DNA of 64,000 nucleotides from Basidiobolus meristosporus CBS 931.73 (taxonomy: Eukaryota > Fungi > Basidiobolomycota): positions 124,001-188,000 of the forward strand of contig MCFE01000022.1 in the NCBI GenBank assembly GCA_002104905.1, written 5' to 3'. Below the pieces are notes generated by a model. It was not told where the DNA came from and did no database searches. It saw only the letters and a list, made by a program, of their open reading frames with translations. Position 1 is the stretch's first letter. Each line of letters begins with the position of its first letter. Both the position numbers and the translations under genes were made by a program. Below are positions 1 through 12,281 of the stretch, one piece after another.

Positions 1-1175
1 CAGACTTTTTACCCGGTAGCCAAGTTTAACTCATCAGACTAATATTGGCTATTGCAGCCAAATATAAGTCTTTTATACATCAAATGGATGTAAAAGCTGC
101 ATTTATGAATGGAGAACTTGATGAGAACATGTATATGGACTAGCCTGATGGGTTTGTAGATCAACATATCACCTATTTGGTCTGCAAACTTAAAAAATCC
201 TTATATGGTCTTGAACAATCACCAAGAGCCTGGAATTGTAAGATAGATTCTTATTTTGAATCTTTGAGCTTCAAAAAGAGTAAGGCTGACTATGATATAT
301 ACTATAAGCCAGATGGAGTAAATCCAGCTCTATTAGCTCTATATATGAATGATCTTATTATAGCCACCAATAGCCTAAAATATTTGAAGAAACTAAATCC
401 TGCCTATCTGAAGAGTTCAAGATGTCTGATCTAGGAGAACTCAGTAACTGCTTAGGGATGAAGTTCCCCATAGACAGAGGTACCTAGGCTATCACCCTGA
501 GCCAATCCAAGTATATTCAAGATATACTAAAGAAGTACCAAATGGAAGACTGTAAACTGGCAGCTACCCCAATGGACACAAACCTTAACTTGGTCAAAAC
601 TCAACCAAATCAAGAGGCCTTGGTGCCATCTGAAAGCCCTGACTTTCCTTATGAATCTGTAGTTGGGAGTCTAATGTATATCATGCTTGGAACACATCCA
701 GATATCTAATATTCAGTGGGAGTTGTCAGCCAGCATAATCAGAACTATGGATCTGATAACATTGCAACAGCTAAGAGGATACTTAAATATCTAAAAGGAA
801 CTGCTGATGTCTGTTCAAGGTACCCCTATCAGGATTTAGAACAGAATCTTACTGGATACTCTGTTGCTGATTGGGGACAAAACTTAGAAGACAGAAGATC
901 CACCACAGGATATCTTTCTTCACTGTCCTGGAGCAATTACATGGAATTCAAAAAAGCAACCAACCACTGAACTTTCCACCACAGAGGCAGCATATATGGT
1001 AGCCTGAGAAGTTATCAAAGAAGCAATGTGGTACAAAAGCATTTTACAGATTTAGGCCTATGTTAAAAAATGCCTATTACTTTATTTTAAGATAATTAAG
1101 GATGTACACAATTAGGTAGAAATCTGATTTTTGATGCTACTACTAAGCACATATATATTAGACATCATTTCATAT
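1..1175 (+). mobile_element. Degenerate Ty1/copia LTR retrotransposon pol fragment (reverse transcriptase + RNase H), with multiple stops and frameshifts
   Basis: Translated fragments IHQMDVKAAFMNGELDENMYMD*PDGF, VCKLKKSLYGLEQSPRAW and LALYMNDLII (YVDD site degenerate) match copia RT. GYSVADWG..LEDRRSTTGY, LSTTEAAYM and TKHIYIRHHF match copia RNase H. Confidence 0.9.
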
Positions 1176-1187
1176 TCAAAATATTGG

Positions 1188-1590
1188 GTACCCAGAACAT
1201 GAAAATCCTCAATGTTGTCCAAACAGCCCCAAACTTTGTACACATTTGCTTGGGACCTTGCTAAGTCTATTCTGCATGTTTACTATGCCACAACCATGTA
1301 AAAGTATGAATAGTGCCTTCACATTCAATAAATCATTAAGTGAAAACCACGTAATCTACTTGTTCTCCCAATCACTTCCAATATCTCCAAGACTCCTACA
1401 ACAAAATATATTATCTATTTTACTTTTGCATTGTCTTAAGGAGACAGATATTTATAATTTATCTGGGCAAGTCACCAAGCTACATATACCAGATTTTTGG
1501 CTTGTTGGATACCTTTGCAATTTGTATGCTCTGGGTACATTATATTCTGATGAGATATTAGAAGTCAATCCCAACAAAAAATCAAGGTAA
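1188..1590. repeat. AT-rich degenerate element with imperfect inverted ends, related to the array at 39.36-40.29 kb
   Basis: 1358-1386 is an exact 29-nt reverse complement of 39403-39431. 1193-1227 matches the reverse complement of 39893-39927 at 32/35 nt. About 1490-1540 is an imperfect reverse complement of 1188-1240. Confidence 0.7.
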
Positions 1591-2926
1591 CATACTCTAA
1601 GATTTATGGGCTATAAGCAGAGAAACTGTGGCAGGTGAGCTTTTATGTGATATTGAAAAACTTACAATAATCTTATCAAGTTGCCATCAGCTTTCCATTG
1701 TCAATGGAAATACAGATCATTCAACCTGCTCAACAATACAACAAGAGTGCTGACACAAGTGGGAGCAGTTACAATATATAACTTTGATTTATTTGCTACT
1801 AGAGCAGAGCTTGTTTACTTGTAATTACATTGGCTTGAGAGAATAGTGGTAAGAAAACTTGCACCAATGCCCTGGAAAGCATACTGAACATAACTCAAGA
1901 ACCTGTGAGTAAGTTTGAAGAATTTTGACAACTTATTATCTTGCTGCATTTCAAATTACCAATAATTATTCTAGAAACATAGTCATGTGTTAAAGGATAT
2001 TGGTATTCTTAGAGATGGAGTACTATATCTTGGATATAATGATGCTAAGATGCTGAGCTTCTATATGAGCAGATCTAACAAATAGTTTACAACCAATTAG
2101 TATTAGGGTATTTTTTATTGAAAAGCTTCACTAGTTCTACTGGCACAAATGTAAGCTTATATTTTGCCAAAAAGCAAGATAGACAATCACAGTGTATCCA
2201 CCAAGATTCATTGGTGATAATGCTTAACCAGAGACTCTTCATAACTGGCGGGTAGTAATGGAGGAATGATGAGTTGATCACCAAAATATGTAATAGGGAA
2301 GTTACAATACGATACTAATCCTAAAATATGGCCGGTGACTGTAAAATACCAACTCACTCCACTATTGGTATTGGTTCAGGTACTGCCAGGTATACTTGCG
2401 GATCTCGCCTCTGGATCTGAGGAGCTCCACAGCTTCAAATTCGGATCTTATCCAGATTGCCTGAGAAACCGGAAACATGGCAAAGTTAAAAAGTAGAGTG
2501 GTGCACAAAGCACACATTTATTAAGTATAACGAAAGTCTATCGATATCAGCCACCAGATCTGTACAGAGCGGGTAAGTGTGAGCAGAGAGTGCCGCTATC
2601 CTTCCCAATTGCAGGTTCCACTGAGTATATCCGGTACGAGGCTACTCGAATTGAGCAACCTGGAAGACGCAAAAAAGGCTCAGTTCATATAAGGTTGCTC
2701 ACTCATTACATTCGGGGATCAATACCACCACGCAATCCTCACATGTACTTCATTGCTAGAGTGATTCCAGTTGATCTGGCGGGTCGCAACGGGTTACAAT
2801 TTATCAAGATCAGATTCCAAGCCTCCTGGGGTAACATGAACGATGCCAGCTACGAGTATATAAGAAGACAGATTTACTTACCTATATCGCCATCACTTCA
2901 ACATTTGAGTTGACAAGATAAGCATC

Positions 2927-4595
2927 ATGAGTCCATCACGCATCCGTTACTCCCTTGAGTACATCCAAACCCTGTATGAGACAGGAGAAGATCGTTCTAA
3001 ACTGGAGAATCTTATCAGGGCATTCCGCGGTATTCAAGATCTTGACCCAAAGGATGCAAACTCCTTCTTCCGCATCGCTGGTTATCACGGAGAGCCTTTC
3101 CGTGAAGAAGGAGCGACTGATCCAGCTTGGTGGGGAGGTTATTGCTGGCACGAAACCGTCTTGTTCCCCACTTGGCACCGCGCCTACCTCCTTCGACTTG
3201 AGGATGCACTCCGAAGCATCCCAGGTTGCCAGGATGTCACTCTACCATTTTGGGATGAGCTGGCCAACAGGGGAAGAAATCCCCCTCAGCCAATTCCTTC
3301 CATTCTTACTTCCCCGCAATTCGAGCTCGATGGTAGAACTGACAATCCACTTTACTCTTACAAACTCCAAGAACCTTTGGTGGAAAAAGTTGAAGGCGCA
3401 AGCGAACGCTACAGCAAGCATAAAGATTATGAAACTGTCCGATACCCACTCTCAGGTAGCTAGCACTCTTTGAGTTTTGTCGCGGCTTCTGTATACTAAT
3501 CCACATCCACCCTCAGGTTTGGTAGGAACCAAGGAAGATAGGGACAAGACGACCATACACAATTTGGCTTACCAAGATCCGGCCAAGAACACCCAATTGC
3601 TCAACGAGAACGTAGCCAATTGGCTGGAGGGCACCGTCCAGATCACACCTGACGACCCAACCAATCCCACCAGAATGCCTGATACTTACTCGGTTTATGC
3701 ACGCTATATGCGCTGCCTCGAGGCTCCGAACTTCACTGTCTTTTCGAATACGACTTCCCAGGAGCAGTGGATCAAGGACAATGGCAAAGATACGTCGAGT
3801 CACTTCGTGGTTTCCTTGGAAAGCCCGCATAACGCAGTCCACCTTGCCGTTGGAGGATTCTACCAGAAGGGACAATACAACAGTGACAACATTATCGGAG
3901 CCAATGGCGATATGGGCGACAATGAGACGGCTGGCTTTGATCCTATCTTCTACTTCCATCACTGCTTCATTGACTATGTCTTTGCCACTTGGCAGAGACA
4001 GAAGGGGCTTACTAAGCGTGGCAGTCTGAAACTTATCAAAGACTATCCTGGGACAATCCTGAAAGAAGGGCAGCCTCACTATCCTCCAGGAACTGTCGTT
4101 GATATGACCACCGCACTCATTCCGTTCGAAAGACCCAGTGGAGGTTACTACGACTCAAATGATATGACCGACTTCGAGAATGACCTTGACTATACTTATC
4201 ATATCGGTTCACTTGATCCAAAACTCCGCGCGGATCCTGACTTGACCCCCGAAGCACCTTTCGTTCTCACAAAGAAAGTGCACAACATCAACCGTGCTCA
4301 ATACTCGGGATCATTTGTCATTCGATTGTATGCCCAGGGACATGATGGCCAAGTAGTTGAGGTGGGAAGAGATCCTATTTTGAGCCGTTGGAGTCTGGAA
4401 GGCTGCCGCAATTGCATGAGCCACCTTGATGTAGAGTCTTACGTTCCTATTGACGAGATTCTGTTGAAAGCTCTCCAAGGGCCTGGGAAGAAAGAAGATA
4501 TCAGATGGTGGGCACAGGTTCAAACTCGTGAACGGCAACTCTTGACGGCCCCTGCTGGAGACTCTCAGGGAGGACCGAAGGTGGACGATCTCTAA
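2927..4595 (+). CDS. Tyrosinase (type-3 copper protein), MelB/MelO-like, non-secreted, with C-terminal shielding domain; 2 exons, intron 3456-3516
   Basis: CuA motifs AGYHGEPF and GGYCWHETVLFPTWHRAYL; CuB motifs LESPHNAVHLAVGG and DPIFYFHHCFID. The GT..CTAAT..AG intron joins YPLS-GLVGT in frame. C-terminal CxxC (GCRNC). Confidence 0.93.
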
Positions 4596-7500
4596 TGCAC
4601 AAGAATAGCTTTTTCTTGGTCCCATCGAAGTTTTTTCTGTCTTTGTTCAGACCTCACTTGAATAAATAAGTTGCAACCGTTTCATATGTTTGTTTCCGGC
4701 TAGACAAGTAGAGATTGGCATGCCTTCTCAATGTTGGTGATGAGCAGAGGATTTAGATATGTAAGATGTATCTGATCCAGCCCGATGGGCCTGATACTTT
4801 ATTGATAGAACCGTAGTATTGTTATCTATTCTCACGCTCTGTTATCCATCCTATCAGTCTTCGCGGGACCAAAGGCGTGAAATTTCTTTTTTCCTTGAAT
4901 CAGTTGGCACACGTACGTATGCATGTAATTCACGGTTCTACGGGAAAATGCAGAACCCAGCGTTAACTTTAAGTCTTGTATATTCTTTCTCCCTTCCCGC
5001 TCTATGCTTGTTGGAGTGCATATTTAGAGTTCTCATGCGAATTACCACTATGGAATCAAAATAAATCACGCCTATCTTTGGTTCAAGTGAAAATTTGTCA
5101 TGCACCCCTTCTGGTGACTCAGAATGGTTCTCTCCATCCGGTTGATAGAAACATCATATTGATGAAAATCTAGTTTGCCACCAAGTGAATATATGTGTGA
5201 ATCAATCTTGTGAGGTATAATCGCGGTTGCACATGTGAAATTGACCAAGCCGATGTATTCCAGAACCGGCTTAGCTCGAGCGTAAATTGCTTGCTATCCA
5301 GGTAGTAATCTAGCAATGTTTGTTCGTAAATAGTTGATCATGTAGGTATGACAATGCGTCAAACGAGAAACAAAATAGAACGAATCAAGTGCTCACAGCC
5401 AATTCGTGTACTGACCCAAGCCCCCTTCCTGCCCTTACCCTTTCAGTTAACCCAGATTTGTCTGTGGGTACAACAAATGCAACCATTGAAATAGCTACAT
5501 TGTCAATCGATTAGTTTACCCTCGACAACACAATGCTTTCTGGTAACAGGCAGGTAACAGGCATATTCCAGTGGCGCATGTTTTACTTGCTTGTGTCATG
5601 ATCTATGAAAGCATTATTTGCCACCATTCAAGATTATCTGTCAATGCATATTTAATACGTAGATATACTTTTCATAGGTGGTTTTCTTACAATGCCGCTA
5701 CCAATCATCAAAATTACTACAATAAAGGCAGATACATGGTGACTTGGGCTCCTCCGCACCTGTTTCTACTCTACAGTCTAGCTAGACTATGATCCTAAGC
5801 TACAAGCTTACGTGGTATGGTATTCGCTATGTATTGGTTTAAAAGCGGTCATATGCAGGTCAATTTTGATCCCAATTTGGCACTCTATGGCACTATGATC
5901 ACCTGAAACGATGGAGTAAGTCCATCCACGTACTCCATGTTACCCAAGAAAAACATCATAGCTAAGGAGGATTTTGCGGAGTGTGTTGCAGCATTATACA
6001 AAGTTATACTTTTTCTCAGCTCATATTTGACTAATCCATAGATGCAGAGCTTTCAGGAGCTCAGGATGTGACTATGGTATTACAAGAGCTGTAAAGTGTT
6101 GAACGGTGGCTAGCACCTAAATCTAATAATTAGTAAATACTGTGTTCACCAAATTTTGGTCAAAGTTTTCCATTAAGAACTCTTACTATCAACAATCATG
6201 TAGCTTGTGAACAGCTTAGATTCAGAATAGAGATCCTGCACCATACTGTAATACTCACTCCAAGATGGTATTTAGCCTGGATCACTTTTAATATATTGGG
6301 CTGGGTCATGCATGGATTTCTTTTGTTTGATTTTTCCAATGACATGTGGAATAATCCAATTATTTGGGTGTGAATCACATTGAAAAAACAAATCTTGGTT
6401 ATTTTGAATGGTTTTTTGGGACAACCAAATTCGGAGTTGGGAAGGATTGATTAATGCCGGCCTAGCATTTGAAATGAAGAAAAGGTATCCTAGGAAGGCC
6501 AAGTTAGGACTTCAATGTGAAAAGATATTGATTTGAGTTGAGTGTGTAGAAAGCCTTTTCAAAGGGTCTTTGGGAGAGATTAGGCATGGTGTGTTGGACA
6601 GAAAAGAATGGATTGATTTTGGTGTGTAAGAATTTAAGATAAATGAGTTGGGTTTGCTTGTGCTTAAAGTTGAGAATAAGGCCTTTGGTTATGCTAACTT
6701 GGCCGTTGATTTTGATGAATGGCTCTTTTTGCAAAGGGCAACAAAATTAGTTCTGGAATTACTGCAAGCTGAATACAAGTTGGATCTTGCCAATACTGAA
6801 GAGTTTGTCACATGGTATTCAACAAATATTACAATATGAAGACAATGCAAATTATATATTTGCAAATGTATACTAATATGAGGTGATGTGAAAGTCGCTT
6901 TATACAACATACATCCTGCCTTGCTCTTCAAAATACTCTATTGCTCATTATAGCGAATTCTAGTAGAAACCACATACGGACGAGAGCAAAAGTATACAAC
7001 GTAACCCTAAGTAAAACAACTTCTATGTTCCAGCTCATATGTTTTTGGCCAGGTCTCACATCCATCATTCCAGTTGCTTGTTTTCCCTTCTTGCTATCTA
7101 ACTCTTGGTGGTAAAGGCTCTATTCACATTGCTAGGAAAACATCAGTATGCATTTTCGTAATCTCACCCAAACCCGTAAATCTACCGAAGTGATTCAGTA
7201 TTGGCAGCCTATATCCCCCGTACCTCTAGCTCTGTCTAACCGCAAGCGCTAGTTGTTTTTGCCTTCAGCATGCAGTGGAGAACAGCTGGTCTGGACTGAC
7301 TAGACATATCATGTTGTGTTAGTATCTTATCACGGACTTTCTAGGCGACATCAATGATACCCACTTCGAGTATGTGACATGAAGGGTTTACGCGCCTACA
7401 TCTCCATTGGTAGTATGCAAGTTTACTCATTTTTAAATGTAACATAATACCTACGTTACAGTGCATGTTTATATATATGCCACTATAGCCCATAGAGGCT

Positions 7501-8552
7501 GAAGATTCACCTCGCACCAGGTTCTGAAGTTTGTATAATCTGTGGAGGTATTGTGATATTTCCATAACTTTAGCATTTGAAACCGAGTCCGTTGATTTTG
7601 TGAAGGTATTTGAAATTCTCCTGAATCAAGCTTATTCAGATGTTTAGGTATGCTGGATTTACTCACTTTGCAGTTTCCAAACCACTGGCCCACTATCTCA
7701 AATGTAGTGACGAGCTTTGGCCAAATCTAGCAGCACCTTACGGCATTGTTTCCACACTGTAGATACACTTTCATACTTGCAGTGATACTTCATTGAGATA
7801 TTATGACAGAGAACCTGATATACCACGCAAATGGTAACTGCCCAAGGTGGATAAAGATCTAGTTAAAGCTATAATATATCTCTAAAGAAGGCTTTACAGC
7901 CAGCTTCCATTGAGTACAGCAAATTGTGACATCAATTTCCAGCTAAACCAAAGCATTAATGCACAGTACAAACCACTATATTCAGGGTTTAATACCACTA
8001 ACTATGCGTTGTTGGAGTAACTCTATCAAAAGTCCTAATACTTATTTTTGATAAGTTGTAAGTTTGATCCAGGTTGCATTTCTGCTGATGGTTTCCAGCG
8101 AAAATTTCTGATAGGGTATGTATATGTATATATGGTATTCTGATAGTCTTCACCGGACAAGTTCATTGCGTACTTCATTGAGTTGAAATAAACAATGGTG
8201 TGATTTGGCAACTTCCAGAATTTCCACTATTCCAAAGGACTAGCAAAGGAGTATATCACAGAAGATCAATGATCTATATACAAAAGTGGTTGATTGCAAC
8301 ACATTCTGAATATATATTGATTTCTAAGATACCAGGTGTTAAAGGATAGAAGAGGAAAGGGACATATCCACAGTGATGTCTTCAGTAGCGGTGGTTCCTG
8401 TACAGGCCAACTTAGCAGAGTCTTAACCTCTGGCCACAACCTCGGTGGGAACTAAGCCATACTATATGTAGAATGGACAATAGTTGAGGGAATTTAAGTG
8501 TTGGGGGAGAATTTATTTTGACTTTTCATAATGATAACAAATTGAAGAGGCT

Positions 8553-10179
8553 CTAGTGACTGGGTGATATCTCACCAACGAATAAAGACTTGTCAGTGCT
8601 GCAAGACACCACTGTTGGAAAGCGTTAGTGAGGTTCAATATGAAGGTCGAATATTCCGGGAAACTTACAAATGGGCTCCTTGGGATGGAAATCCACCTCG
8701 TTCACGCATCCCTTGTGACCAGGCAATTTGTAGAGAATCTTACGGGTGGTTACATCCCAGACAACAGCAGTTCGGTCGCCACTACCACAGGCGATTCTAT
8801 CGCCGTCAGGAGACCAAGCTGGCTTGATCAGGTTCTTCTCAAATCCGTGGGGCGCGCCTAAGCAAGTGGTTCACAACACATCAGCGTTTGTAGTTGGAGA
8901 CGATCTCGTGGTAAAACAAACCTTCGAAAATCTTCAGCAAACGATTTGCAGCGGCAAATGGCTTCACGTCCCAGATTCTCACTGTGGGTTGGAAAATCAC
9001 AACACATTAGTCACCGCTCGGATAACAGTTGTCACGCAATTAAATGTACCTGTGTTATCCATAGCGTTAGATAGAAGGTAGGAGCCATCTGGACTAAGTC
9101 GAATGCCAGATATCGTATCCTCGTGACCTTCCATCACATAAGCAATCTCTTTTTTACGGACGTCCCAAGCCTATCTCGTGAATGCATGGTCAGCAATGTG
9201 GGGTGAAATGGGCGAGGAGTCCGCACACTTACGGTGATCTTATTGTCAAGACTTCCGGTGTAAACCATATCACCAGCTTCACTGAATGTAACTGCGGTCA
9301 CTTGGTAATCCTGCTCTAATGTATCGACTGCGTTCTTTTGTCTGATATCCCAGATCTAGAGTGATGAAGAATAAACAGCTGAGAGGATGGGTGGATCATT
9401 CCAGGGTTCCTTACTTTAACGGTTCTATCGTCACTTCCGCTGACCACGACGTTGGAGCCAGCGAATTTGTGTTGTGGGGCGCATGAATTAACAAATGAGT
9501 TGTGTCCTCTAAACCTCTTGATACGAACTCCGGTATTTACATCCCATATTCCAACGCTCTTGTCTGCACTTGCAGAATAAACATTTCTAAAGGAAGGCGA
9601 AAGGCTGTCAGTGGTGCACTTTGGAAGTGGTCGGCGTGCTATAAGACACTTTACTTTGAGTCCTGTGACCACTGTACTTCGAGAACCGCTCCAGTGTGGC
9701 CTTTGAGAACCCCGTAGTTGACGCAATCACCGTAGGTATTCCACAAAACTAAAAATTCCGGGAAGTTAGGATGGGCCAGAATTCCATCAAGATGTTGAGG
9801 CTAATTACATATATTGCCATCGAAGGCACCAGAGGCAATATGTTCGCCGGTAGGATCGAATTTACAAGTAAGCACTTCTCCCTAAATGAAAAGGTTTAAT
9901 CGCTGCTTTCAACAGATCCGGAGAAGGGGAGCTACCTGATGGCCATTCAACAACATTATAGGGGCTTGTAGGCCTGAGGTTCGCTTGACCTGCGAAAGAT
10001 CGAATCATTCAGTACATTAAGGCCTAGTTCACTGCTAGAAAAACGCGGCTTACGGTTTGAATGATAGATCCATCCTTGGCTTTGATCGCAACAGCATTTT
10101 CCGGCTGCTCTTCTGGCTTTTGACGTTTGATCAGTACACCCCCTGAAGGTGGTGGGGATGCTTTACGCTTGTCTGACAT
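8553..10179 (-). CDS. SNRNP40: WD40-repeat U5 snRNP 40 kDa protein (SNRNP40/Spf38-like), multi-exon
   Basis: Spliced reading: MSDKRKASPPP...RTSGLQAPIMLLNGH...GEVLTCKFDPTGEHIASG...YSASADKSVGIWDVNTGVRIKRFRGH...GAPHGFEKNLIKPAWSPDG...YKLPGHKGCVNEVDFHPKEPI...SCSTDKSLFVGEI. Internal exon boundaries were read by eye. Confidence 0.9.
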
Positions 10180-10636
10180 CTTTGTGATCTATGAATCTAC
10201 CTCTCCAAAACCCACCTGATATGGGTAGCTAGAGACTCCGATTTAGAAAGAAACCTCAACGCGCTTAACCCAATATCAGGGACTATGTCGGCTACCCTGA
10301 ATTCTGGAGAAAGATTTTCAACCGTATGTTCCCAGTTGATCAATGCCACATTTGTTTCAGGCGCTCATGTTGCGAACCTCTGCCTGGCAATCTCGGATAC
10401 TTTCTGGCCAATACGGTGCACCCAATAAACGCAAATTTGGTAGGATTCAATTTAGATTTCTATTAGCCATTCTAAATGAATCTCCCCAGAGATCAAACCG
10501 CGGGTTCATCAGTATCACGTTCGTTGCCTGTAGTCACTTTATTCTTGATTAGTATAGTAGCCTATTCAATCCATTTCATTCACCTGAACCACCACACCAC
10601 GAAAGAGACTTTCCAAACCAAAGTCCTGCATATACT

Positions 10637-11233
10637 ATGCTGCCTGATTCAGCCTACTTTCAAGAAATCGCAAGAACCCAGCCTCCGATAAATCCTTCTC
10701 TGCACATCCATCCATACACACATCCTGCTCGCAAAGAGCTACTGAACAACTTATCCACTTCTTCTGCGCTACCCTTTCCTAGCCCCCCTGACCATGATGT
10801 TGCGCACAGAATCTCCTACCAAGGCCATGGCTCTTCTGCTCCATTAAGTCCACCACGAAGAAGCGCATTTGCCCCTTTCAAATCGCCAAATTCTCCTCAT
10901 GATATCCGCGAACACCAACCGATTCGCAATAACCAGAGTAGCATTCACGTCCACGGTTTACTTACACCTACTGGTAGTCACAATCAGTATCGTGCACCCC
11001 CCAATTTTTCAAACGAGCAGTACAGCGCACCATATTCTCCCATTACCGATAGACCCTCGCCACACAAGGCGTTTAGTCCACCAGTTTTTGACCCCCGGTT
11101 GACGAGGCCTGGTGTCCCATCGGCAAACCGGGAGGCGAGTCCCATTGCCCACTACCCTGGGGCAAGTGGAACTTCGTCGGCCGCTTCACATCCTCAATCC
11201 CCCAGTGAAAATGGCCTCCAACCAAGTGTATGA
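10637..11233 (+). CDS. Pro/Ser/His-rich low-complexity ORF (198 aa), possibly the first exon of the downstream gene
   Basis: Long ATG-initiated ORF with disordered composition; no domain recognised; overlaps the next ORF in another frame. Confidence 0.45.
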   Translation: MLPDSAYFQEIARTQPPINPSLHIHPYTHPARKELLNNLSTSSALPFPSPPDHDVAHRISYQGHGSSAPLSPPRRSAFAPFKSPNSPHDIREHQPIRNNQSSIHVHGLLTPTGSHNQYRAPPNFSNEQYSAPYSPITDRPSPHKAFSPPVFDPRLTRPGVPSANREASPIAHYPGASGTSSAASHPQSPSENGLQPSV

Positions 11234-12281
11234 TCCTATCCGGGATGCTTGGGCACCCAACGATAGTTATCAACACGTCTCGAAAGAACCCAACTCGCCC
11301 ACGAAATCTACCGTCACTTTAAAAGAAATCTCGCGTGCAGAAGAATTGACATCCAACTCACCGCAACTAGCAGGCACCTCTCTGCTTAGCACCCGGGAAG
11401 CAGCTCCCTTGAAGTCGGCGAAAAAGGTGTTGCCTAGTTTGATTAAGCCAACTGGCGGCGAACCTGCCCACCCAGCTTTACCCTCATCTCCACCTCTATC
11501 GCCAATCATAGTAACCAAGAAGAGGCGGAGATCCCTTTCCTCGACTGTATCTGCTCACGAAACCACGTCCACCACGAAAAGAAAGGTATGTTGGGGGAGC
11601 CACGTATACCTGACACCGATCGTTACTTAAGAATAGCCTGTTGGCGCGCTGTAGATAACCCACGAGGCGGTCCAGGAAAGCCCTACCGAGGACAAGGTAA
11701 TTCTCGAAGGGATTAGTAACTGGGATCTCGTGTTCATCGTAGCTCATCATTTCTCTTTAGCCCCCTGCGAAAACCACACTGAAACGGGGCGGGCTGCTGA
11801 ACTTATCGGAGGTAACGCATCGTGACCGCCTCATCACCTCTCCCCTCCCTTAGACTTACTCACTCATTCTTGGCAGCTATGCAATGACGACTTGGCTGGC
11901 ACTGGGTCGATTGATCTCGACTTTATTCAAGACTATTACAAACAATGCGAGCCCACGGCCTCCAACAAGCAACCCGGCATCAAAGGAAAAGCCACGCTGG
12001 ATGCGAAGGCCCCCAAATCGCTTGGACAGATCTCGTCGATGGAGGAGGAGCTCTCCTTGGAGGCACCCGAAGCTGAGTTGGATGGGCAGGGGTTCGACGA
12101 GGGAGCGATGTTGAACGTCGAGGAGACGATCGAATCCATCGAATCTTTTCTCACGCAGGACGTGGACATCTTTGGTGCGATCTCGGAAGAGAATCCAATC
12201 ACGTCCAATTGGAGCATGCTTGCTAATCGTCGTAAACCTATATCAAGTCTGTTGCTCTCCGATACGAGTGATAACGAATAG
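11211..12281 (+). CDS. Hypothetical low-complexity, probably nuclear protein (basic KKRRR stretch, acidic C-terminus); about 4 exons
   Basis: MASNQVYDPIRDAW... Three plausible phase-0 GT-AG introns (gtatg..ctgtag, gtaatt..tttag, gtaacg..ggcag) link ORFs 11112-11630 and 11892-12281 in frame. Confidence 0.55.

Noticed and set aside
2590-2913. 107-aa ORF just upstream of tyrosinase 1, a possible caddie/chaperone gene as in Streptomyces melC1
   Set aside because: Starts at GTG, has no recognisable motif and overlaps the likely TATA/5'UTR; MelB-type enzymes carry their own C-terminal domain.
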